64,000 nucleotides of DNA from Eledone cirrhosa. Its lineage: Eukaryota. The translations under genes were made by a program, and so were the position numbers. The stretch spans positions 274,102,001 through 274,166,000 of the forward strand of contig OZ024740.1 in assembly GCA_964016885.1 (NCBI GenBank), in the 5' to 3' direction. Below, piece after piece: positions 1 through 13,680 of the stretch; the stretch's first letter is position 1; each line of letters starts with the position of its first letter. The notes beneath the pieces are model-generated. The model was not told the DNA's origin. It saw only the letters and a list, made by a program, of their open reading frames with translations, and ran no database searches.

Positions 1-1732
1 ACTTTGTCAGTATTCGTAGCAGCCATTCTTCTCGCTTTTTGCGGGGGCCCGTAAGCCATAAAATTGCAGTTTATATGCCCTTTTCCACCTCTAAACAATT
101 AACTGTCTTGGCATGTCTGTGTCTATGCAGGTAGCCAAGCGATAAATTAAAAGTCTGACATTAACCTCTTTCTACTGTAAGCCAGCCTTTTTCTACCAAT
201 CAACAATCAGTTCCAAAGTACATAATATACATAGGACATTTTTTCAAAGTGATCTTGAATAGGATGTTTGGTGTAAGTTGGTGGTTTAAAACTGATAATA
301 TAATTTGTGTTCAAGGAGACAAATAGTCGGAAGATGTAACTAAAATAAATGCACGTTTAAATAAACAATTAATTCAATACATTTATATTCACTAGTGGAC
401 AATCTACAGCAGCCAATCGAACGAAGGTGCTTCTATGTTGTCGCATGACTTGTTAGAAATAGTAGCTGAAAATTACCTTAAATCACCAAACCCAATTTTC
501 TTACAATCAAAGTCATTTTTTGGTCTCGATTTTCCCTTCCCAGTAATTAGACAAGATAGACACAGCTATGTTTGATATTGTAGTTGTGTACATCATAGAT
601 TTTAGATCTGCTTGTTCCAAGCTAATATGCGGCTCCAATAAAATTAACACCTACAAGCCTAAACTAAGACATCATGTGCCAATGTAAAAGTGTCTACGTA
701 GTTGCTGAACTCGCTAAAGTTACCTCATAAATCGCCCTTACCTTAAATAAAGCTCTACTGTCTTAACACAATTACACATTGAATACTATGGTACTTGGCT
801 CCCTGGATATAAAGGAAACCTGGGCTGGTCGTGTCAGGAATTCTTTTTAATATAGATCTACTTTATCAGATCTAAACAACAACAATTAAACTTTGAGAAG
901 GCAATGAAGTAATTGCTCCGTGGCTGCGTGAATGCTCTTTTCTATATTTAGTAGAAGCAGACCTGTCAACACTACCCGTCTGACGGGGGGGGGGGGGCGA
1001 TCTCCCAGCCACTTTGGGGTGGGTGAGGGATATCTTCTCTTGCAAAAATGAGTATAATTTTCATTATGTAAAATCTCCCCATATTGACTCATTTTTTTCC
1101 CGTTTTGGGGCACTTTTTTTCATGTTACTCCTCGCTTGGATTTTTAGAGGTTGGCAGGTCTGCAGAACGTGTGACCACGTAAAGGTTTCCTTATACCGTC
1201 TCTCGTCGACAGTAATATCTATCTATTTCTAATAGTTCTTAGAACGACATATATACGTTCTCTTAGCATACAAACTTACAAATTTCATATCAACGTTCTT
1301 TCATACATAAGTGTAAGGCTTCAATGTATTTTATGTTTTAAGTGAACAAATGCTGTCTAGATGGAGGACTATTAAACTAATTGTTTAACTAAAGGGTCTA
1401 TTAGGAATGCCATGTTGTACTGAGATGTCTTGGTAACATTTAATATACAAATAATATAATTAATTATGTGATATTAATATCAGATATATAAGAAAAGAAC
1501 TATATATTAAGGTCATGTACAGGTCAACAAAACAAATCAAAACGACACCAAAAAGAAAGGAGGAAAGACGGTAAATTGAACTCTTGTTAAACCTATTAAA
1601 AATAGCATACTACTAAAAGCCAAGATAAATTAATGTCGAAAACTAGATACACACGCACACTCACATACATACATACATACATACATACATACATAAATAC
1701 ATACATACATACATACATACATACATACATAC

Positions 1733-2155
1733 ATGGTGGTGGCTGCCAACTCGTTTTCGAGTACGGCCACTACTTTATATCCATGTAGGAGAACCCCTAC
1801 AGATGCGCTGAACGAGTGTGACTTTTTAGTCCAGCCAGCGACTTGAAAACTCTGGTACAAACACTACACTTGTGACAATTATTGACACAGTGCTGGGCCC
1901 ATGGTACCATGTGACGACAAGTGCAGAGAGATCTCCAGATATAAAGCAATGCTTGTGCCGTGAAGCTTTTATAGTGAGTAAAGGCACTGCACAAAGCCAG
2001 TCCCACTCTCTTAACCAAGATGATATTTACCAAAAAGAAGAACAAGTCAACATCATTGGATACCATCAGGGTTGAAGGTGTTATATCAGAGTTTTCCTTC
2101 TCCTAGAATTCTGCCTTGACAAAGGCTAAGGTGTCATCTCTCCCGCTGATTTTGG
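1733..2155 (-). mobile_element. RTE-derived non-autonomous retroelement, family A (5'-truncated)
   Basis: Near-identical reverse complement of 27824-28243. Its 3' part encodes an RTE-like C2H2 remnant (CSVCTRVFKSLAGLKSH) and ends ACTCGAAAACGAG plus a (TATG)n tail. Flanked by (CATA)n. Confidence 0.75.
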
Positions 2156-2180
2156 ACATACATACATACATACATACATA

Positions 2181-5100
2181 GTCAACGCGATCAGTCGCAT
2201 ATTTTGGCGTGGGAGACTATTTATTAAATTTAAGATGAATACTATCTCTGACAGTAATGCCACAACTACAGTCATGTTTAATAACTGGTTATTCTTCTAA
2301 CTATATCTTCTGAAGACACCTTTTATTCGAATTCGTAGAGATATCCGACTAAATACATAATTAATTTTACAAGGATTTGCTACAAACATCATGGCTGAAC
2401 ACAACATAAACAACAAAATTAAGGAAGTATCGAAGACAAACAATGAGAAAGGTAAACAAACTTTATTCAGTGTAGCTACAGAAGAAACCGAAATTATAAA
2501 TCGCATTTCTCTTAGAGTTGCGAACTTAATGATGATTTATTTGATTGTTATAAAATGGCAAAAAACAATCCCTCCATTGGCTATATGAATAGAATGAAGC
2601 TACCCTGGGACGAAATGCACCAAGAGCTAAATTATTTCACAGCGAAAGAATTATGCCAACAAGCGACGTTTGTTGAGCGTAAAAATAAGATAAATATGAT
2701 TAATTGTAAGTCCCCCACAACAAACATGGGATCAACAACACGTGCTACAGGTCGCCATGCTACTAGACTTCCTAGCAGCCAGGTCGAACAATGCCTTGAA
2801 ACAACTATGCCTGTAAGAAACTTGACACCATGTGTACCATCTAAGTCTACCTCGAATGCTGGGGAAAACACTATCGATAATAATAATAATGGAAGAAATA
2901 ATAATAATAATCGAAGAAATTTGACATCACGTGTACAATCCGTGTCTACCTCGACTGTTGTGGAAAATACTATCGATAATGATAATCAAAAGTATAAACA
3001 ATTGAAAATTTTCCTCAACGAAATCTTCCAGAGAGAAATTAACTCATGTATAAATATCTCTCTTGCTGAACGTATTAAAACGACAATATTTAATAAAAAA
3101 AAAACAAATAATGAAATATTACGTGTTATTGACGAAATAGGGGATGAATATTTACGACGGATAAAAACCCCAACTTTTTGGCAAATCAACGCCTGTTTAT
3201 ATGCCTTAGCAACGACAGTGAAGCATTATCTTGGTGATAGCAGAGATATTAACAAGAACAAAACACCACCAAAAATACCATCATAATTAACTAAAATAGA
3301 ATAAAAGATTACTGACCTACGAAAAACCATAGGATATATGACAATGTTCCTTACATGCAAACACACACCAAAAAACCCCACCCCTCACCAACAAAGAGCG
3401 ATAAATAAAATAGAGACGATGTTTAGTAACAGTAGAACCAGAACTCTTCAATATAAGCTGATTAACCTCAAACAATAATTGAGAGCTGTTAGCGAAAAAC
3501 GCCGAGAAATGCAGAATGTAGATGAAAGAAAAGTGCTTAAAAAATGATTCAGACGAAACCAAACATCAGTCTATAGAGATATGAAGAACAAAATAATAAG
3601 TGTCACAGAAAGACATAGATTCCTTTTGGAGAAAAATATGGGGTGAAAAGAAGAATTTCAACCAAGATGCAGTGTAACTAAAAGAAATCCGAAAGAACTA
3701 TTGCTCCTACACTACAACAAAAACATACGAAATAAGTGAGAGTACGTACCCTTGAGACTGTGATAGGAAAACTCCAAGATAAGAAAACACCAGGAAGAGA
3801 CATGATTGTCGGCTACTGGTACAAAAAACTAATATTCTATCGGAGGTATCTTACTGACCTCTACCAACAAGTTCTTAAGGGAGATACACTTATACCAGAA
3901 TGGTTGACATTAGCACAAACATTACTGATCCCCAAGCTACCGACCCATTGCATGCCAGAACCTGATGTATAAGATGTATACAGCCTGCCTGAACCTATTC
4001 CTCTAAGATCAATGTGAAAATAATAACATCATCACAGATGAACAAGCAGCTGGAAAGGAAGGGGTTTGGGGATGTGCTGAACAACTCCTAATCAAGAAAA
4101 CTGCGATGTCCCAGGTGCGACGACTTAAGAGGAATATGGCTACAGTCTGGCTGGACTACAGGAAAGCTTTCGATTCTGTTCTCCACTCTTGGATGATAGA
4201 AGCCCTCCAACTTGCTAAAGTCCCAGGTATTATTATCAGAGCCATAGAGAAGCTGTCTTCTTCTTGGGCTACTATCATAAGGTTAAAGACAGAGAGGGAG
4301 GACTCTATTTTCACTGATAAAATAAAATATCGCAGGGGTATATTTCAGGGGTACAGTCTCTCTGTGGTATTATTCATCCTGTCATTAAACCCCTTGTCCT
4401 TTCTGCTCAAGAAATGTGAAGGATACATCATTGGCTCACAGGAAGACAGAAATACGAACCTAACTCATAATTTCTTTGTGGATGATCTGAAACTCTATGC
4501 CAAGAACATGGATGGGATGAAGAAAAATCTTGACCTGGTTACAACGTTCCCAAAGGATATAGGAATGGAGTTTGGCCAAGATAAATGCTCATATATGACT
4601 GTAAAGCGGGGAAAAACAACCACCCAATCTAGCAACATTGTCATCAATGGCCTAACTGTTTCACCGATATCTGATGAGGACTGCTACAGATACCGGGGGA
4701 TAGATGAGAACATATCCTATAATGGTATCTGTAATAAGGACCGCGTAACCAGGGAATACTACACCCGATTAAGAAAGATAAGGTTATCGGAACTCTCTGC
4801 GCAAAACAGAACAGTGGCTCACAATGTGTTTGCTGTGCCTGTCATAACACCAACATTTGGAATACTCAATTGGACGATAGATGAAATCAGAGTAGTTGAT
4901 GTTGGAACTCGAAAAATACTAAACAACACCGTAAACTTCCACATCAACAGTGACATAGACCGCCTTTACTTGAAACGTCGGCAGGGAGGCAGAGGCCTAA
5001 CATCAGTCCAGACAGCATTTGAATGTCGCATCATATCCCTCCGACAACATCTACGAACTTCAAAGCGTAGGAGCCAGTCTCTCTAGCAAGTGCATCTGCA

Positions 5101-6283
5101 TGAAACAGATAAGATCATGAGAGTTGGGAAACAACTCCTGGAGAGATATTCCCTGTGTGATAATCAAAATCTCACACCCAGGGAAGTCGCTCAGCAGTAT
5201 CGCAGTGAATCCTTGGATGAAAAACTGCATGCTCATCAGCAAAATATCATCCATGGATATGTTGCCAGGAAGCTCCAGAGTGAGAGTAATATAGATAAGG
5301 AAAGTAGTCTATATTGGACCAACAACCGCTATAATTGCTCCCACATTGTAGGAGACGCTTTTGCAATCCAAGAACAAGAAATCAACACGAAATACCTGAT
5401 TCACAAAAGAGATAGGGCTGCAGGAAAACACCTAGATGTGACAAGTGCAGACTCTGCAGAATTAGCATCAAAGATGTCACCCATAAGCAGCTGTCCAAAG
5501 ATATCAGTACGGTACTATCTACCCATGAGATATGATGTAGCGGCCAAAACTGTATACAATGCAACCCGTAGAAAAGATGGCCCCGATAATAAACACATTA
5601 AAAGCTACAGCAATATGGAAGACATCCATATACATAATATGAAAGAGTACTGGTGGAATGTTCCAGTAAAACCCCAATAAAATGCAGGCATAACAGTCCA
5701 GATATTATGATATGGGACAGGGAAAAGAAAGCATGCACAGTAGTGGAAGTTAGCTGCCCACCAGATGCCAATATAATATCAAAGATTAGTGAAAAGGAGA
5801 ATATTTATTCAGAACTGATGAGAAATTTGCAGATACTCCACCCTGATTACACCTTGAGATTTATGCCTGTGATTATTGGGGCACTGGGGTATGTTAGTAA
5901 CTGACTCAATACAAATCTTGAGAAGCTAGGCTTCAGAGGAACAGAAAGAACACAAGTTAGGAAATTACAAGTACAATCCATTAATGGAACAGTAAAATTA
6001 TGTAAAACATTCCATAAATATTGCATCTAATAACTGCTTATACACATGTACAGATACAAAGCTTATACACATGCATATACATATGCACACATACAACTCA
6101 AAACATACTCATCCACACATACAATAACATCCATATCTACACACGCATGCATGCAGATATACATACATATCTACCTAGTTGATGTTGTGTAAATTCTAAT
6201 GAGAGAGTCTTGTGTCTATGTTAGAAACCGACTCTCTCTCTCTATTGGGAAACAATTTGTGAAATTATAAAACCAGAAGAACA
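2181..6283 (+). mobile_element. R4/Dong-clade non-LTR retrotransposon (RT + restriction-like endonuclease), near full length, degraded
   Basis: Broken ORFs 2391-6030 carry RT motifs WLDYRKAFDSV, RGIFQGYSLS and FFVDDLKLY, the LYLKRRQGGRGL motif, and RLE motifs RYD, PDIMIWD and VVEVSCP. Multiple stops and frameshifts. Begins right after (CATA)n and ends in CATACATA. Confidence 0.9.
4106..5086 (+). pseudogene. Reverse transcriptase segment of the R4/Dong element
   Basis: 326-aa ORF with non-LTR RT motifs. Flanking frames are disrupted. Confidence 0.85.
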
Positions 6284-6291
6284 TACATATA

Positions 6292-6839
6292 TGATGGCTG
6301 CCCCCTCGTTATCGAGTATGGCCATTGAACGATTTAACATTATTAATAATTATCAATTAATGATATCGTGCAATGCCTGTGCATGATGATTTCTTTTTAA
6401 AGTGAAGAAAGACTGTACACTGAGCCAATTCCACTCCCTGAGCGACAGTAGCTATAACCCAAAAGAAAAAAAAATCAACATCGTCGGTAACAACAGGGCC
6501 GCAGGTATTATGTCGGAGTTATTCCAGTTTTCCTAAATTGCCTTCTCCTGGAAGAATGCTCTGGCAAAAGCTAGGGGTCCTTCACTCCCAGCGGGTATCC
6601 AGCCCAATTATTTCTATTTCCCCGCGCATATATATGCACACGTATACATATATACATATGTATATACATATTTACACATTTTTGGATCGCCGTTGACTCT
6701 TATGAGTTCTTCCGCCCTTTGTCAGGTTTGGCTTTTTGTCCTGCAGGGTGTCCAACATCACCCTCCTTACCAAGTAAACTTGGTGGGGTTGCCGGTTTAG
6801 TCTTCGACGACCTGACCATGCGACTGGTTGTACCGGGTT

Positions 6840-6840
<1 letters not shown>
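6292..6840 (-). mobile_element. RTE-derived non-autonomous retroelement, family B
   Basis: Reverse complement of 28604-29044. Shares its 5' head with family A (27670-27830), has the RTE 5'UTR-like GGAGAAGGCAA motif, and ends ACTCGATAACGAG plus a TATG tail. Confidence 0.7.
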
Positions 6841-6911
<71 letters not shown>

Positions 6912-7280
6912 GCCCTGATAGATAGTAAGTATGACAGAGAAGAGGAGTGACGTAGAGAGGTGGGTAGTTAAGCAATGGGAAATACTTAGTCATCAGGCCA
7001 AATGTTTTATAGTATAGGGATTTTGTCAATTCTTATCCTGTGTTCAATTTACACTAGCATCAAGTTTGAGGTTCTTCTACTAGTGAAGGGGCCTGTTCGA
7101 TCAATTAGAAATAGCATCCAAATTACCTCTAAATCACACTTTACAGTCTATAGGACACAATAAAGTACACATTCAATAATGTATTTTTGAATATTATATA
7201 TTTGGATAAAAACCGATCGGATAGTTATGGCAGGAATATCTTTAATCATGTCTGCTCGTTTAGGGCTGACCTAAGTCTAA

Positions 7281-7499
7281 ATAATTGTTTCTACTTTAAG
7301 CACAAGGCCAGCAATTTGAAAGGGAGGGGAAAGTCGATTAAATCGACCCCAGTGTGTTACTGGTGTTTTCTTTTATCGACCCCGTAAGGATGAAAGGCAA
7401 AGCTAACCGCGGCGGGATTTGAACTCACATTGTGAAGGCCCGTAACTCTCTGCCACGAAGCATGTTATCCAACGCTCTACCGATACTTCCAATCCGCTG
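7281..7499 (-). mobile_element. tRNA-derived SINE (Nin-domain type, octopus OR-like)
   Basis: B box GAGTTCAAATCC, central GCCTTTCATCCTTACGGGGTCGATAAAA and tail GTAGAAACAATTAT. Many copies in the window. Confidence 0.85.
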
Positions 7500-7694
7500 T
7501 TTAAATAATAACAAGTAGACTCATGCAACAACAATAAGCACTGTGCTAATTAAAACTTCTCTTGTAGTAAACTTGATATCATATTTTCTTTATTGTCATA
7601 TTTAGGGATGGTCAATTTGCCAGTGTTGCCAATAAAAAGAAATCCATGCACCATATAATTTTCACTTTATCTTTATTGCTCGTTATTCATTCGT

Positions 7695-7872
7695 TCGTCA
7701 AAGTTCTTTCGTCACACATTATGTGACCTCTTTTATGTCTCATCTGCTTTCTGGTCTTAAACTTCTGCTCCATCTTCACTTTTGTTGGCAATATTAGCAA
7801 CATGTCCATCCCCAAATATAACAATATCGGTTTCAACACATGATTTCGTATCAAGAATCTTGCAGAACAAAT
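7695..7872. mobile_element. Degraded Penelope pseudo-LTR relic with partial hammerhead
   Basis: 7697-7732 matches the HHR at 39327-39360 (GTCAAAGTTCTTTCGTCACACATT.TGTGACCTCTT). 7795-7870 matches the pLTR end at 41685-41760 in the opposite orientation. Confidence 0.6.
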
Positions 7873-8709
7873 ACATAAATGTAAAACCATATTTTCTGCT
7901 TGACGCAAATCGTCGCCTCACCCAGCAAACCTATGATGAATAGCACCCAAACCCTTATCCTGCTGTTGACCCCCCCCCCCGACCCTTATCCACCCAAACC
8001 CTTATTCTCTTTACATAATGTAACTTGAACTACATTAACCAATGTGTCTTCCTTTCCCATGACAGTAAATTGTGATTTTAGGGAGATTTGGTTGCTATTC
8101 CTAGCAGTTGAATAGCCATATAAATACATAATCATTTACTCAATTGACACAAGATGAATCAATATAGAGCTTACGTATGCATATGGGTAAATGTGTGCAT
8201 TAATTTGCCATTAACTACCATTATATGGCTATGGACACGTAATAAACACTAGTTTCATTTGTTATCAATGATAACTTATCATATAGTAATTTGAAGAATT
8301 TAGTAAGAGATAAACATTTATTATTGCCACATTAACAACTGAACCGTATATTAACATATTTCAAAGGTGGGTTTTTTAACAACATCATTTAAGCTGGCTT
8401 CCATTATTAACGACAATAAATTTGCTATGTGAAATATCTAACGTTTGGTTAAAACCATTATTGGCACTGTTACAATTCAGTATGACTTTTGTTTTTTTAG
8501 TTTACATATTTACAATTATAGAATGGGAAATGCCAAGTTGAAGGAATATTGCACAATTTGCCAGAAGTTAGAAATTCCTTTCCGGTCAGTAAAACATTAT
8601 TGTGCTAGAAATTTTTGTGCTAGAAATTTCAACCAAATATCCTTCAAAATTACATTGTTATCTTAGAAAAGAAGGGCCTACTAGAGAATGTGATCTTAAA
8701 TGCCTAGGC

Positions 8710-10449
8710 CAGGGGGCGGCAACCTTTTGGAGAGAGAGAGCCAAACACCATGCAGTGTCATGGAGGAGAATCATGTTATTAAATATGTAAATACATATTC
8801 TGGAGGTTTAAAGCAAAACAAGGAATTTAATATAATTTTATTTTAACAAGGCCCCTTATTTTATTGCAGGAATAACAAAACAAAAAACAAACAAAAAAAC
8901 TACAAACACATTCAACAAAAAAAAAAGCAAATTCCTTATTTTACAGCAGGAATAACAGAAAAACAACTACTATCACAATCAGCAAAAAAAAAAAAGCAAA
9001 TTCCTTGCTACAAACGAAATACAGTTAGAAATGGTAAATGATTTAATGAGACACGATAACTTCTCCACATCAGGTGAATTATGTGTGGATGACAGGAGCA
9101 AAACATCATCCAGGTGGTCGTCACGCAACCTTGTTCTTAAATGACTTTTAGTATATTTCATTTTGGAAAAAAGTTGTTCACAAGCATATGTACTTCCAAA
9201 TAATGATATCATCAGTTTTGTATTAGTCAAGATGTTTTTATATTTTCCGCTTGGCAATATATATTTCTTGAAGAAGCAAACAAATTTTCCGAAGTGCTCA
9301 ATGAAAAAATAGCTAAGTGTCCAGCCATCGTCAAAAGTTCGGCACTCCAAATCCACTTTTCTTTTCTTAGCTTCCATGGGCGTGTTTTTGTTCAAACAAA
9401 ACAGATTTATGGAAAAAGTATAATTATTATACAAAAAGTATAATAATCAGAATGAAGAAATAAGAAACAATGAAAACAAATGTAAATGCAAATACAGTAA
9501 TGCGATAAAATATGATAATTGTGAATAAATTATATAAAACCAGGTTTCTAACGACGTTGTTAGATCAGGGTTGCCATTTGTTTTTTTAAACCACTTTTGG
9601 CCTAATTCTAATAACAATAATTCATACGATTTATCACAAATAATTAAATAAACGTTATTATCGAATAAAGATACCTACTGTATAGTTGTTATACCACCAG
9701 ACAACAAACTCAAATTAAAATACTCTGGGGAGAAGTAATTTTTCCAAGGACGGCTTTTCTTTGTGCCGGGGGGGGGGGCACAGGTAAGGTCAGGCAAACG
9801 AAGACGACAATAATTCACGAGTGATTTTATTGAATGACAATATGGGTATAAAAGCGAGTCATTCAAACCGTAAGGTAGTATACCTTCCAGTCGCTGACGA
9901 AAATACATACTTTAAGCCAACATTTGTGTTTGTTGACTGGAACAAAAACACATACATGAAATCACAGGAAATAATAATACAGGTGATATAATTGTTTCTA
10001 CTTTAAGCACAAGGCCAGCAATTACCCAGTACATTACTGGTACTTTATTTTATCGACCCCGTAAGGACGAAAGGCAAAGTTAATCTCGGCGGGACTTGAA
10101 CTCAGATTGTAAAGGGACGTAACTATGGTAGAAAGCATGGCGTCCAACCCTCTACCGATACTGCCAATTCACCGCGGTGATATAATGCTTGGCGGAAAGC
10201 CCAGAAAAAGATGGATAAGAGGAAATAATAATAAATGGAAAATATAATAAGGTTACAAAGGTATTTATAATTATATACGGTATGAGCAGCAATTTGTGAT
10301 GGGCATCAGGTCGGCACAACCTTGAAGTGAACTACTGTATCTCTATTCGATACTAATTAGATAATTAGTGTCCAGTGTAAGATGGCGGGCCGGACAAAAA
10401 TCACTCGAGTGCCGGATGTGGCCCACGGGCCGGGGGTTGCCGACACCTG
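8710..10449 (-). mobile_element. Internally deleted hAT DNA transposon (Buster/SPIN/Charlie-like)
   Basis: TIRs CAGGGGGCGGCAACC and CAGGTGTCGGCAACC (13/15 match). 8-bp TSD GCCTAGGC at 8702-8709 and 10450-10457. ORF 8979-9434 fuses a transposase N-terminus (KKRKVDLECRTFDDGWT..YFF) to the dimerisation domain (FGSTYACEQLFSKMK). Confidence 0.92.
9993..10175 (-). mobile_element. Nin-type tRNA SINE nested in the hAT element
   Basis: Consensus SINE sequence with an 11-bp TSD GGTGATATAAT at 9982-9992 and 10176-10186. Confidence 0.9.
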
Positions 10450-11788
10450 GCCTAGGCTAAAACGAGATGGACGCAGTTGGATAGCCTTTGGTCGAGATAA
10501 TTACTATTAAAATCACCTATTCCTTAGGATAGGAATAATTTTCTCCATGAAAATGTAGCATTAACGAAAAACTGTAAAGTTTTTATAACTTCAGTACGTA
10601 AGGATTATTGATAAATAAGCTCAACAAAGTTGACTTTGGCCTACATAAAATCTATGACCTTGAAGTATTTATTTCTTGGTACCGTCTGATCTTCAGAGTT
10701 ACGGAACTAATTCATTGTAATTATTTGGCTCTGTTGTTTGTAAGTTAGCTTAACACTAAATTGGACGTTGACGGAGTGGAATTTACTACACCCAAATGGT
10801 GTTTGTAAGTTCGCTTCACAATCTAGATGAGCCGGTCCTGATCCCACTGCAGGATGGATATATTGACTAAGTGACTTTTTACCATAGCATCAGGTCCACC
10901 CAACCCTTACTATCCTCCAAGAAAACGCCTTCTCCATTCTGTCCATACGGAGAGATGGGGAGGGCGAGAGAGATGGAGGCGATGACAGTAGGAGTTCGGC
11001 TCTTCCACGTTTGGACCATATCCTTGTGGTTGTGTTCATTAAGCAGTTAATGAGTCAATAGTGTACATTGTGTATATATCAAAATGAAATTCCTGTTTAT
11101 ATGTATATACTTGGGACCCAACCCTTATGAGTAATGTTAGGTAGACGAAAAGTTTGGAAGCCAATCGGATGGTTTGTATATAAAATTTACATGTCCCGTT
11201 TCGTTGCACATTATGTCACACTTAGACTGCATAGGAACCTCATTGTAAAAACATATCTGAGGAATACATAGCCACCTATACATTAATTAAATGAGCATGT
11301 AGTTCAGTTGATTGAGCAACTGAATATCAGAGACGAAACTAACGAAAAGGTATACATTAAATAGTGTGTCTGTGTTTTATCGATTAATATGATGCATACA
11401 GATTGGTCAAATAGTCAAGAAACTGAAGCTGTTTGAATAACGTCCCATGGCATAGTTGTTCTGTTCTGGTTATAGCTCTGCCTTTGTCACGTATACCATC
11501 AGACATGTATTGAAGTCGCTGATTGGTCCGTTTGAAAGTCGTAACAAATAAGGCTATTGTTCACTAGTTGCGATATAACATAGATATTTATAAATCTTCT
11601 TTATTTTTTACTTGAATTCGGTGAATGAGCGAAACTGGTGGGTAATGTCTAAAATTTATTTGACGTTGTTTTAATGTATTTGTTGTGATAATATATCAAG
11701 CCTTCTGGAACTATAGGGCTTTGGGGGTTTAGGCCCCACCAATAATTTGTTTCAGTATACTTGTACTTTCGTTTTTACTACACATATT

Positions 11789-12301
11789 TTCTATCTATCT
11801 ATCTATCTAGGACGGGTAAAATTCGTTCCTGAGATCCATAGACGAGTTCTCTCCAGCGGTTTCTGTCCCTCATCATCACTGCCATATCCTGCGTCTCCAT
11901 GAGACCTGTGTTTTTCCTTAGGGCATCAACATATGTCAACCTCGGTCTCCCTCTTCTAGTGTGTCCGTGCAGTGGCTACCACAGGAGCACTGAGTGCAGT
12001 GTCAACTCTGAATGTCGGTGAGCATGTCAAGCTAATCTCACTCTCCTCCGTGTTACTTTCGAGCTGACTTTTGGGAGGCTCCCATACAGCTCTGAGTTTT
12101 CAGCCTCAGTTTATACTGATTAATGTTCAGAGCCATCCTCAGTATTCTCGTGTAGTACCCATCCACCATCTGAGTGAGTTTCTTGGTCAGTGTCCGAGTC
12201 TCAGACCTGTACAGTAGCACAGACTCCACTGTAGCAACGAAGGGACTGATCTTCAGGTCTTTACGAAGGTCCGACTTCCACACCGATCTCAAACTGATCA
12301 A
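11789..12301 (-). mobile_element. RTE-clade LINE 3' fragment
   Basis: VESVLLYRSETRTLTKKL..VDGYYTRILRMALNI thumb region, a GRPRLTYVD-like C-terminus, and a (GATA)n tail at 11789-11808. Confidence 0.8.
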
Positions 12302-12511
12302 ACCAACATATTTAGAGTCAATAGAAAATATGTGGGTGAAGACATATATTCTATTGACTCTAAATATGTTAGTATGATCATGTTTTTAATTTCTTTCTTA
12401 ATCTCTTATTGTGATAAAAAAGCGTGAACTAATATCAATAATTGTTTCTACTTTTGGCACAAGGCCAGCAATTTTCCAGGGCATTACTGGTACTTTATTT
12501 TATATATATAT

Positions 12512-13377
12512 ATAAATCAGGAAAGAAGGTTTACATGGTTTGCTATACAAAAAAGTTTTTAATCACATAGCTTACATTTGTTTCACTGAACTGGTATGTC
12601 TAGAGATCGCTATCCGCTTAATGTTGCGTTACTCGATCGCCAATACAGAATTATAACCAGTCAGATCTTCGGAGTATGCGAGAATGAAGAAAATACACAG
12701 GCAAGAAAAGAAAAGAAAATACAGGCTACTATATGAAGTAGTAATGGCATTCAATTAGAACAATAACAACAATTACAACAATGCTATCAATAAATTATTT
12801 AAGGAGACCCTGACATTACTTAGGTGGGGGGTATATAATGTATCTAATGTTACGGCGTGTAAAACTAGCTGTCATAAGGCAAAATGAAGCGTTGACATGT
12901 ACAAAGTATCGTAGTGTATATCAATTTTAAATTATAAAAACTAGCTTATCTTTATAATTTAAAATTGATATACACTACGATACTTTGTACATGTCAACGC
13001 TTCATTTTGCCTTATGACAGCTAGTTTTACACGCCGTAACATTAGATACATTATATACCCCCCACCTAAGTAATGTCAGGGTCTCCTTAAATAATTTATT
13101 GATAGCATTGTTGTAATTGTTGTTATTGTTCTAATTGAATGCCATTACTACTTCATATAGTAGCCTGTATTTTATTTTATTTTCTTGCCTGTGTATTTTC
13201 TTCATTCTCGCATGCTCCGAAGATCTGACTGGTTATAATTCTGTATTGGCGATCGAGTAACGCAAAATTAAGCGGATAGCGATCTCTAGACATACCAGTT
13301 CAGTGAAACAAATGTAAGCTATGTGATTAAAAACTTTTTTGTATAGCAAACCATGTAAACCTTCTTTCCTGATTTAT
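12512..13377. repeat. 866-bp near-perfect inverted repeat (427-bp arms, 12-nt loop)
   Basis: 12512-12938 is the reverse complement of 12951-13377 with only a handful of mismatches. (TA)n precedes it, and the element continues to (TA)n at 13545. Confidence 0.95.
13208..13326 (+). ncRNA. Type I hammerhead ribozyme motif, extended stem II, CCGAAGA core variant
   Basis: Stem I TCGCATGCT/AGCTATGTGA; core CCGAAGA 13217-13223; 81-nt stem II domain (CTGACTGGT/ACCAGTTCAG); GAAA 13305-13308; minimal stem III C-AAAT-G; cleavage triplet GTA 13314-13316. Mirror copy at 12563-12681 (-). Confidence 0.65.
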
Positions 13378-13544
13378 TATTAGTCCAAGTGTTTACAACA
13401 TAGGAATTACGGCATACCCGCAGCATCACTATGAAAACGCCTTGTTGAGTCAAACCAAGCCAAGCGTTAATATCATCCACTACCTGGAATACCATAACTG
13501 GACTTCACCTAAGTGGACTGCATTTAACTATTATTTGTTAATCC

Positions 13545-13665
<121 letters not shown>

Positions 13666-13680
13666 TGTATATATATATAT

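Noticed and set aside
2181-2390. HDV-like ribozyme at the R4 5' end
   Set aside because: Known for some R4 elements, but I could not build the nested pseudoknot from this sequence.
11580-11652. GAAAC..GTA possible hammerhead half
   Set aside because: No CUGANGA core or stem II upstream.
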